The notes under the pieces are model-generated. The model saw nothing but the letters and a program-made list of their open reading frames with translations. It did no database searches and had not been told where the DNA came from. 16,546 bases of DNA from Candidatus Firestoneibacteriota bacterium (GTDB taxonomy: Bacteria > Oederibacteriota > D2-FULL-39-29 > JBBTED01). Of the stretch, positions 1-5,905 are shown one piece after another. Position numbers and translations under genes: made by a program. The stretch spans positions 1-16,546 of the forward strand of contig JBBTED010000155.1 in assembly GCA_038042445.1 (NCBI GenBank), in the 5' to 3' direction. The stretch's first letter is position 1, and the number at the start of each line of letters is the position of its first letter.

Positions 1-155
1 GTTTTACTCTTTGTTGTCCTATTGAATCTTTCAACCTTACCCTGTGTCTGAGGATACTCCGACTTCTGTTGAGAATACGCGAATTCTAGTCCAAAAAATA
101 GTAATAATACTATGAAACACAAATAAATAATCTTATTTTTCATTATTTTATCCAT
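1..155 (-). CDS. Partial (3' end outside window) secreted/membrane-anchored hypothetical protein
   Basis: Hand translation from ATG 155: MDKIMKNKIIYLCFIVLLLFFGLEFAYSQQKSEYPQTQGKVERFNRTTKSK..., open to the window edge. SD GGAGGG at 167-162. Basic N-region, hydrophobic core and A-Y-S cleavage-like site. Alternative ATG at 143. Confidence 0.6.
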   Translation of the reverse strand, partial: MDKIMKNKIIYLCFIVLLLFFGLEFAYSQQKSEYPQTQGKVERFNRTTKSK

Positions 156-274
156 TTCACACCCTCCATTTTTATCCGTTCTTTGAAATTTGAGACTTGT
201 TCTAAGGATTCAGGGAGAGTAACCTCTGCTCTGAAGTGTTTGCTTTTATCTTTTCTTCTTATACTCTTTCTCAT
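143..274 (-). CDS. Small basic ORF, 43 aa (MRKSIRRKDKSKHFRAEVTLPESLEQVSNFKERIKMEGVKWIK)
   Basis: ATG at 274 preceded by AAGGTAGG. Its TAA stop overlaps the ATG at 143 (TAATG). It lies downstream of the leftward promoter at 404-377. No family recognised. Confidence 0.35.
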   Translation of the reverse strand: MRKSIRRKDKSKHFRAEVTLPESLEQVSNFKERIKMEGVKWIK

Positions 275-376
275 GTTAGATGCCTACCTTCTACCAAATC
301 TCCTACCTTGAATATCAGCATGTCCATTATTTCTGTAATCTTGTATATGTGTATTCTTTATAAAGTGTCTTATAAA

Positions 377-404
377 ATTATACTACTTTAGGTTTTATAG
401 TCAA
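377..404 (-). promoter_or_regulatory. Sigma70-type promoter for the leftward island operon, divergent from the XRE regulator
   Basis: Minus strand TTGACT (404-399), 16-nt spacer, TATAAT (382-377). Confidence 0.65.
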
Positions 405-480
405 TAGTATTTTTGGTTTTATACAACTTCTACTTTATACCTTTTAACCTGTATATTAAAAGCACGTTAGGAGGCAAAAG

Positions 481-819
481 ATGGAAAATCTATATAAAGC
501 TATTGGTAAAAGAATAAGAGATGCAAGGCAAAAATTAGGTTTAACAATAGAACAACTTGCAACCAGTGTAGAAATGGATTGGAGTTTTATTGGCGGTATT
601 GAAAGAGGAAGGAGTATTCCAAGTATTGCAACATTGAATAAAATCGCTGATGCTCTAAATGTTCCATTAACATACCTATTTGAAATAGATAAACCAGTCA
701 TTAAAGAACAAAATGCAAAGATTAACCGATTATTGAATCTTGTAAAAAATAGAAAATCCACTGATATTGAACTAATCAGCAACATTGCAGAAAAAATATT
801 CAAAAGATATAAATCGTGA
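481..819 (+). CDS. XRE/Cro-CI family helix-turn-helix transcriptional regulator (C-protein/repressor-like)
   Basis: HTH_3 pattern IGKRIRDARQKLGLTIEQLA...FIGGIERGRSIPSIATLNKIADALNV. SD AGGAGG upstream. Confidence 0.92.
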   Translation: MENLYKAIGKRIRDARQKLGLTIEQLATSVEMDWSFIGGIERGRSIPSIATLNKIADALNVPLTYLFEIDKPVIKEQNAKINRLLNLVKNRKSTDIELISNIAEKIFKRYKS

Positions 820-829
820 TTCCTACTAG

Positions 830-1003
830 TTATCTCTTTTCATTTTTCAATTTCTTCTGATACTTTATAATTTCCTTTGCAATAGAATTTGTAAGTTTTT
901 TAAATTCATCTTCTGTAAAAATATATCTGACTTTAAGAATTCCTCTTTTTATAATTTCAGGTTTTATTATTTCCCTTAGCTTTTTCCTATTGTCTATTTT
1001 CAT
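830..1003 (-). CDS. Small lysine-rich hypothetical protein (57 aa)
   Basis: SD GAGGTG (1018-1013) lies 9 nt before ATG 1003. Directly follows the nuclease stop at 1019. Confidence 0.55.
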   Translation of the reverse strand: MKIDNRKKLREIIKPEIIKRGILKVRYIFTEDEFKKLTNSIAKEIIKYQKKLKNEKR

Positions 1004-1018
1004 ATTCAATTTCACCTC

Positions 1019-1687
1019 TTATATATTCCTTAATTTATTAGGATATTTACACCATTGGCAATCTGAAGAAGGTTCTGGTATTTTAGGTGAATCAAGTAAT
1101 CTTATTACTTCTTCTATGAAATTTAAAAACCCTTGTTCATCTTTTCTTATTTCAATCCAAATAATCTCAGCTTCATACGAAAGTTTTTCAATACTACTTT
1201 GATTAATTTTTGAAGGATAAAAGTATAGTAAACCTAATTTTGTAACAGGGAGTAATGCTAATGCACCAGAATCAGCATTTTCTAAAGCATAGGCATATGC
1301 ATGTAATTGCCGACTATACAGATTATGATATTTTTCATTTGGACAACCAGTTTTAAAATCTATTACCCCATATGTCTTATCGTCAAATTCTACAACTATA
1401 TCAAATCTTCCACTAATAAAGCATGTAGTGTTATAATTTGATAATTGAATAAGTTTTGACTTTACTTTTTTCTCACCATAACTTACGATTCCAGATGGTA
1501 ATACAAGATGTAATTCTCTTGTATGTTTACCACTATAATGATCTTTTAAAAGAGATGCAATTTTACTAAAAATTGATGGCAAAGGAATTGATGGTTGAGA
1601 AATCTTATGTACTACTTTGAGATAATAACATCGTTTACACCCTTCATATAAAAATGCAAAATCCGATGGACTTAATCTATAATTCAT
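1019..1687 (-). CDS. PD-(D/E)XK nuclease, Cas4/RecB/AddB-like (PD-(D/E)XK_1 type), with a Cys metal-binding cluster
   Basis: Motifs LSPS, CKRC, GRFDIV (II), IDFKTG (III), RQLHAY (QxxxY) and C-terminal CQWC. Start moved to ATG 1687 on the basis of SD GAGGTG at 1702-1697. Confidence 0.88.
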   Translation of the reverse strand: MNYRLSPSDFAFLYEGCKRCYYLKVVHKISQPSIPLPSIFSKIASLLKDHYSGKHTRELHLVLPSGIVSYGEKKVKSKLIQLSNYNTTCFISGRFDIVVEFDDKTYGVIDFKTGCPNEKYHNLYSRQLHAYAYALENADSGALALLPVTKLGLLYFYPSKINQSSIEKLSYEAEIIWIEIRKDEQGFLNFIEEVIRLLDSPKIPEPSSDCQWCKYPNKLRNI

Positions 1688-1783
1688 TTTTTCATTCACC
1701 TCTCTCTATATTTATCAAATAAAGAAACATATTTCTTCATTTTTTCAAGCTAATAAAAATATATCCATTTTAACGCCTACAAC

Positions 1784-1877
1784 ATATGAGATTTAATGAG
1801 AAACAATGGAATTTTAAAGGGAATCTTCTTTCTAATAGAAATATATTATCTTATAGTGTAGAACTTGTTAAAATTAA
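1784..1877. repeat. Copy A of a duplicated non-coding regulatory module (upstream of the nuclease gene)
   Basis: 1840-1877 matches 3075-3112 at 32/38 nt. The block ATATGAG...GGAAwTTTAAAG is also shared (1784-1819 vs 3032-3065). Confidence 0.75.
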
Positions 1878-1889
1878 ATATTTTAAGAA

Positions 1890-2177
1890 TCAAATATTTT
1901 CCCAGTAACTTACTAATTCAATAATAAGTTCTTGCCTTATATTTGAAGAAAGTTTTATTCCTATTGATTCCATTTTTTTATTGAATAATTCTACTAGAAA
2001 ATGAGCATTTTGTTCTAAAATGGTTTTATTTGTTGATAGGTTATTATGATTTTGCAGATTGCCATCTAAATAATTATCTATTGCTTCTTTAACCAATTTT
2101 GTTATTGGTTCTTTCTTGAGCAATTTTAATTGATACAATTTTTTAATTTGATTTTCATCTATTTTAGGACTATACAT
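1890..2177 (-). CDS. Probable ribbon-helix-helix DNA-binding protein (95 aa)
   Basis: MYSPKIDENQIKKLYQLKLLKKEPITKLVKEAIDNYL fits the strand-helix-helix RHH pattern. SD AAGGGG precedes ATG 2177. Confidence 0.6.
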   Translation of the reverse strand: MYSPKIDENQIKKLYQLKLLKKEPITKLVKEAIDNYLDGNLQNHNNLSTNKTILEQNAHFLVELFNKKMESIGIKLSSNIRQELIIELVSYWENI

Positions 2178-2208
2178 TTGCTTACCCCTTATTTCTAATG
2201 ACACATTT

Positions 2209-2871
2209 TTATTTATTATACCGTGCAAAAATAGGAGTATTTGAAAATTTTACTTTCTTTAATCTATATAACCCTTCATATCCTATATCATCAGCAGGTT
2301 CACCTTTAAATTTTAAAACAGAAAAAGATTCATCCATAGAAACATTATCAAAATTTACATTATCATAAACAGAGATGTATGACAATTTTGCATTTCGCAT
2401 ATCAGCAAAACTAAAGTCAGTATTCCATGCAACACTTAATTCTAAATTAGCGTTTCTCAAATTACAGTGATTGAATTTTGTATTGCTTAAATAACTATAT
2501 GAGAGTTCTGCATTTGATAAATCGGAGAAACTAAAATTACAACCAGATAAATCTACATATTTAAGTATTACTTTATTCAAATTGATATTACTTAAATCCA
2601 TATCTTTTAAATCTATTAAATTATCCACCATTACTTGCATTATAAAATCTTTATCTTTTACATCGTCTTCAATATTGAATAGTTCTTCATACCAAAAATT
2701 CCAAGCATCTGGAACCGCAATTAAATACTTTTGCATCACACAATTCAACCAGATTTTTTTAATAATCGGAATTTTAGATTCAAATATCCTCTTTCTTTCA
2801 GAACCCCTCATAAACCAATAAACTAAATCGTATTCTATCAATTTTATCCGTACATCAAGTTGTTTTTTCAT
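2209..2871 (-). CDS. Pentapeptide-repeat protein
   Basis: Repeating 5-residue units in VDLSGCNFSFSDLSNAELSYSYLSNTKFNHCNLRNANLE...TDFSFADMRNAKLS. SD AAAGGTGA before ATG 2871. Confidence 0.85.
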   Translation of the reverse strand: MKKQLDVRIKLIEYDLVYWFMRGSERKRIFESKIPIIKKIWLNCVMQKYLIAVPDAWNFWYEELFNIEDDVKDKDFIMQVMVDNLIDLKDMDLSNINLNKVILKYVDLSGCNFSFSDLSNAELSYSYLSNTKFNHCNLRNANLELSVAWNTDFSFADMRNAKLSYISVYDNVNFDNVSMDESFSVLKFKGEPADDIGYEGLYRLKKVKFSNTPIFARYNK

Positions 2872-3031
2872 AATTTTCACCTTTCTATATTTTACTTGTA
2901 ATATAACAATTATTACTTATTAATCTTCTAAATGTTTATTTACGTTCTAGGCTATTGTAGAATTTAAAAATCATTTAATTTTTTATGAAAAAATATTTTA
3001 TTTAAAAATATGTATTACTTATTCTTATTTT

Positions 3032-3112
3032 ATATGAGCTTACTAAAAACTGCGGAAATTTAAAGAAATTCTGGAATATATTATCCTATAGTATGGAATT
3101 TGTTAGAACTAA
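3032..3112. repeat. Copy B of the duplicated regulatory module (upstream of the pentapeptide gene)
   Basis: See copy A. The minus strand of each copy reads (T/C)TAACA-17 nt-TAATAT, a possible promoter. Confidence 0.75.
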
Positions 3113-3264
3113 TTTTTCAAAAGGTACTTAATTTTTTGTGCCATTTTTAATTAAAGAGAATTAGGTGAGATTATTTATTTAACTATTTCCCGAACATCTG
3201 AAATACAAGAGGAATACAACGATTGAACACGGAGGTATGCTTGGATAGAAATTTGAAAGTATTA

Positions 3265-3633
3265 TTATTTGAATTTATTCCAATAATCATATACATTATT
3301 CGATTGCTCTGCAAAACATCCTAATTTAGATGTATAAAATCCAAATTCTTTAGCAAGATCAAAAAAACCTTTGCCCGGGTCTTTATCTACAGATTTATGC
3401 ACTACTACCACGGTAAGCATTCCACGTCCTTGTTCTACTTCTTCACGACAAATTTCTTCTAACATTGCATTTAGAGCATATGCTTCTGGTGTTAAACTTA
3501 TTGTTTTTACTCTTGCTACTAAATCAGAATATGATATTTGCCCTTTATTTTTTGCTACTTCAATAAGAACATCTCGCATTTCTTCCTTAGCTTTATCCCA
3601 ATCAGACAATAAATAACCAAATTTAGTATCCAT
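3265..3633 (-). CDS. Conserved-looking hypothetical protein, winged-helix-like (ISYSDL...VVVHK...PGKGFF...VYDYW pattern)
   Basis: 122-aa ORF resembling small accessory proteins with Y.(D/E)L, L..(L/V)VV, PG.GFF and terminal V+..W motifs. Function unknown. Confidence 0.7.
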   Translation of the reverse strand: MDTKFGYLLSDWDKAKEEMRDVLIEVAKNKGQISYSDLVARVKTISLTPEAYALNAMLEEICREEVEQGRGMLTVVVVHKSVDKDPGKGFFDLAKEFGFYTSKLGCFAEQSNNVYDYWNKFK

Positions 3634-3694
3634 ATTATGATTTTATATTACCAAATAATGAAATATATGTAAATAAATTCTTAATAATTATTAA

Positions 3695-3723
3695 TAGACA
3701 AAATTGTTCAGTTTTGTTATAAT
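3695..3723 (+). promoter_or_regulatory. Sigma70 extended -10 promoter for the DUF6941-MNT-HEPN operon
   Basis: TAGACA (3695-3700), 17-nt spacer, TATAAT (3718-3723), with TG at 3715-3716. An imperfect inverted repeat GACAAAATT/AATTTGTC overlaps it. Confidence 0.65.
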
Positions 3724-3758
3724 TTGTCAACAGTAAGAATTCAAAATGTTTAAATTTT

Positions 3759-4181
3759 ATGATAAAACCATCTATTAAGTCTTTTATCATTGCTGATTTA
3801 GTGATGCAAGAAAAAACAACAAACAAATGGAGTATAGTAGGAATATTTGATAAAATTTTGGTAAGAAATTTTCCATCTATTCATCCCAGCTTATCTATAT
3901 ATATGCGATTAACTGAAGCTGAAGGAGATTATGATATTCGTGTTGAATTTTGTGACATAAATAAGAAAAAACTAGCTATTTTCGAAGGATTAAAACTTTC
4001 GGTACCTTCAAAATTGATGTCACCTGAAATAGGAATAAAAACAAGTAGTCTTCCAATTCCTCAACCTGGGAAATATCTATTTAATCTTTATTTCAATAAC
4101 GAATTTTTAGAAACTCATCCTATATGGATAGAACAAATAGAAACAAAAAATGTCTTGGGAGATGATAAATATGATAAATAA
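3759..4181 (+). CDS. DUF6941-like beta-sandwich protein
   Basis: N-terminal pattern IIADLVMQEKTTNKWSIVGIFDKI...FPSIH and C-terminal PQPGKYLFNLYFNNEFL, which I recognise as DUF6941-like. Confidence 0.7.
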   Translation: MIKPSIKSFIIADLVMQEKTTNKWSIVGIFDKILVRNFPSIHPSLSIYMRLTEAEGDYDIRVEFCDINKKKLAIFEGLKLSVPSKLMSPEIGIKTSSLPIPQPGKYLFNLYFNNEFLETHPIWIEQIETKNVLGDDKYDK

Positions 4182-4545
4182 TATCGTAGAAAAAAATGTA
4201 AGTTTTTTTGATCCTCAAATAATACCATATCCAGAAAAATTTGTACTATCAAGTGATTTTATTACAAAACAATGGATGACACCTGGTTTATATTTTGCTC
4301 AAAAAATTACAAACAATCAATTAGTACGTTTTATTGGAGAGAAATTTCAAGTGGATTATTTGCAAATTATTATAGTTATAGATAATGATCCAGACGAATT
4401 ATTGAATGAAATATTTTCAATTGAACAAGAAATGTATAAAGAATTTGAATGGATTCGTTTTGATGTTAGAGTACGAGTTATTGACAAAGAAGAAGACATC
4501 AATATAATTAGAAAATCTACATTATCACGTTATAATAGAATCTAA
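4171..4545 (+). CDS. Hypothetical protein; probable degenerate minimal nucleotidyltransferase (MNT)-like partner of HEPN
   Basis: SD GGGAGA before ATG 4171, overlapping the upstream stop. The C-terminal half (LQIIIVID-helix-IRFDVRV) follows MNT secondary-structure order but lacks GS...DxD. Sits directly upstream of the HEPN gene. Confidence 0.5.
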   Translation: MINNIVEKNVSFFDPQIIPYPEKFVLSSDFITKQWMTPGLYFAQKITNNQLVRFIGEKFQVDYLQIIIVIDNDPDELLNEIFSIEQEMYKEFEWIRFDVRVRVIDKEEDINIIRKSTLSRYNRI

Positions 4546-4559
4546 ACTTTTTAAATGTT

Positions 4560-5006
4560 ATGTCAAATATACCTTCATATCTTAAAATAATCGAACATGA
4601 TTTTAAATTACTTGATTTACTAACAGGAGAACGTCCCAATCATCTTAAGAATGAAGATTTTTCCGATTGGGAAATTACCATTATGTATTACATAACCTGT
4701 ATTTATCTTAAAGCAGTATGCCAGTTATTTGATAAAGATATTCAAGATCATTATACTCTTAAACGACAAATAAATACGCTACCAGAACTTATTTATATTA
4801 GTAAATCTTATCGTCATCTTGAAGAAGCAAGTCGTGATGCTCGATATGAAGGAAGAACTTTTCCTCATAAATATATTATTGAAAGATTATTACCTAAATT
4901 TTACAGCATTCGTGATTGTGCGGTGAATTTGTTTAAAAAATACAATATTTCTAATATTCCTGAAGTAGATCCACAAACTTTTTTAAAAAGGCTGCAAAAT
5001 AATTAA
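4560..5006 (+). CDS. HEPN-domain protein (putative RNase toxin)
   Basis: All-helical pattern with FSDWEITIMYY, QDH and YRHLEEASRDARYE (DW...YY, H, R..ARY signature of HEPN-type proteins). Confidence 0.75.
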   Translation: MSNIPSYLKIIEHDFKLLDLLTGERPNHLKNEDFSDWEITIMYYITCIYLKAVCQLFDKDIQDHYTLKRQINTLPELIYISKSYRHLEEASRDARYEGRTFPHKYIIERLLPKFYSIRDCAVNLFKKYNISNIPEVDPQTFLKRLQNN

Positions 5007-5088
5007 TTTTCTTACTATCAGTATTAATAACTGTTCTAATACACGTTAATTTTTTGCAATTATTTTTTTTGAATTTTGTAATTTTCAT
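4951..5088 (-). CDS. Possible small basic ORF, 45 aa (MKITKFKKNNCKKLTCIRTVINTDSKKINYFAAFLKKFVDLLQEY)
   Basis: SD AAAGGGG (5100-5094) lies 5 nt before ATG 5088. TAG at 4953-4951. Overlaps the HEPN 3' end antisense by 56 nt. Confidence 0.3.
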   Translation of the reverse strand: MKITKFKKNNCKKLTCIRTVINTDSKKINYFAAFLKKFVDLLQEY

Positions 5089-5133
5089 AGCAACCCCTTT
5101 CCTATAAAAAAATTAGAATAATATTCTAAAAGG

Positions 5134-5154
5134 GTCGGCAAAAAGTCGGCAAAA
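5134..5154. repeat. Tandem direct repeat GTCGGCAAAA x2, putative tyrosine-integrase arm-type sites
   Basis: Exact 10-mers at 5134-5143 and 5145-5154 (11-bp period), about 120 bp inside the island junction. Confidence 0.6.
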
Positions 5155-5270
5155 CCCAGCTAAATTGAGCCTAATTGACAAACTTGTAAGACTTATAAAA
5201 ATTGGGCTTTTGTCTGAAATATAAAGACTTACTTGATTTTATTGAAGTTATGATTTATGCATAAATAGGT

Positions 5271-5307
5271 TTGGGAAGCTTGCATTCTACCACTGAATTA
5301 CGCCCGC
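5271..5307 (-). pseudogene. 5' half of tRNA-Gly(CCC), truncated after the anticodon loop
   Basis: Minus strand reads GCGGGCG TA ATTC AGTGGTA GAAT G CAAGC TTCCCAA, then ACCTA instead of GCTTG. No T-arm or CGCCCGC acceptor 3' strand follows. Anticodon CCC at 5275-5273. Confidence 0.88.
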
Positions 5308-5316
5308 ATTAGTATA

Positions 5317-5345
5317 ATGATACTTCATTTTTTTTCTAAAGTCAA
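5317..5345 (-). promoter_or_regulatory. Sigma70 promoter of the tRNA-Gly gene
   Basis: TTGACT (5345-5340), 17-nt spacer, TATCAT (5322-5317), 9 nt before tRNA G1. Confidence 0.75.
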
Positions 5346-5387
5346 AATATTCTAATCCAAAATCATACTTTAAATCTCAATTTTGTA

Positions 5388-5416
5388 TTGACGGAATCTA
5401 TATCTTGACCTAAAAT
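5388..5416 (+). promoter_or_regulatory. Sigma70 promoter of recX-alaS
   Basis: TTGACG (5388-5393), 17-nt spacer, TAAAAT (5411-5416). ATG follows at 5426 with no SD. Confidence 0.7.
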
Positions 5417-5425
5417 GCTAATTGA

Positions 5426-5905
5426 ATGTTAAACAATAGTTCTGAAAAGGCGAAAAATTATGCGTTGAATTTGCTTTCATTTAGAAATCGTTCGGAAAAA
5501 GAAATAAAAGAAAGATTAAAACAAAAAAAATTTGATAGTGAAACAACGGAAGAAGTAATAAATAGATTAAAAACTGTTGAATTAATAGATGATGATAAAT
5601 TTGCAAAATCATGGATTAAAAACAGACTCATTGGAAAGCCAAGAGGCAAAAATTTAATAAAACAGGAACTTTATCAAAAAGGCATAAAAAAAGAAATAAT
5701 AGAAAGTTCTATTAATGAAATATATTTGAAAGAAACTGAAGAAGAATTGGCATTTAAATTAGCCCAAAAAAAGGCTGTTAGTTATTCAAAATTAGATAAA
5801 ACTAAAGCTAAATATAAATTGTATAGATTTTTAATTGGTAGAGGTTTTGAATCAGAACTTATAGAGAAAACAGTAAATAAAATATTTCAAAATGACAGGG
5901 AATGA
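5426..5905 (+). CDS. recX: Regulatory protein RecX
   Basis: ALNLLSFRNRSEKEIKERLKQK, LIDDDKFA, PRGKNLIKQELYQKGI and RFLIGRGF motifs. Adjacent to alaS. Confidence 0.95.
   Translation: MLNNSSEKAKNYALNLLSFRNRSEKEIKERLKQKKFDSETTEEVINRLKTVELIDDDKFAKSWIKNRLIGKPRGKNLIKQELYQKGIKKEIIESSINEIYLKETEEELAFKLAQKKAVSYSKLDKTKAKYKLYRFLIGRGFESELIEKTVNKIFQNDRE

Larger units (their letters stand above)
1..5277. mobile_element. Right portion of an integrative genomic island inserted in tRNA-Gly(CCC); integrase and other end outside the window
   Basis: tRNA homology ends abruptly after the anticodon loop. Arm-like repeats are present and the gene content is accessory (XRE, nuclease, HEPN). Core recX-alaS begins on the other side. 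Confidence 0.75.

Noticed and set aside
356..410. Restriction-modification C-box upstream of the XRE gene
   Set aside because: Only a partial TATAGTC match, without the paired GACT-N3-AGTC boxes, and no methyltransferase in the window.
1019..1687. Calling the nuclease cas4 of a CRISPR-Cas locus
   Set aside because: No cas1/cas2 or array in the window, and the cysteine pattern differs from the canonical 1+3.
3155..3250. Short plus-strand frame and GGAGGT-ATG near 3231-3240
   Set aside because: The frame has no start codon, and the ATG abuts the SD and stops after three codons. At most a gene remnant.
3635..3826. 63-aa minus-strand ORF
   Set aside because: It overlaps the DUF6941-like start and its promoter, is low-complexity AT-rich, and has no SD.
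5184..5200. Imperfect dyad TTGTAAG-A-CTTATAA sharing CTTATAAAA with the XRE spacer
   Set aside because: Too short and AT-rich to distinguish from chance at this base composition.
5271..5307. Intact tRNA, or tRNA with a group I intron
   Set aside because: No 3' anticodon strand, T-arm or acceptor strand follows. The break follows an A rather than the U expected at a group I 5' splice site, and the downstream sequence is AT-rich with att-like repeats and genes.
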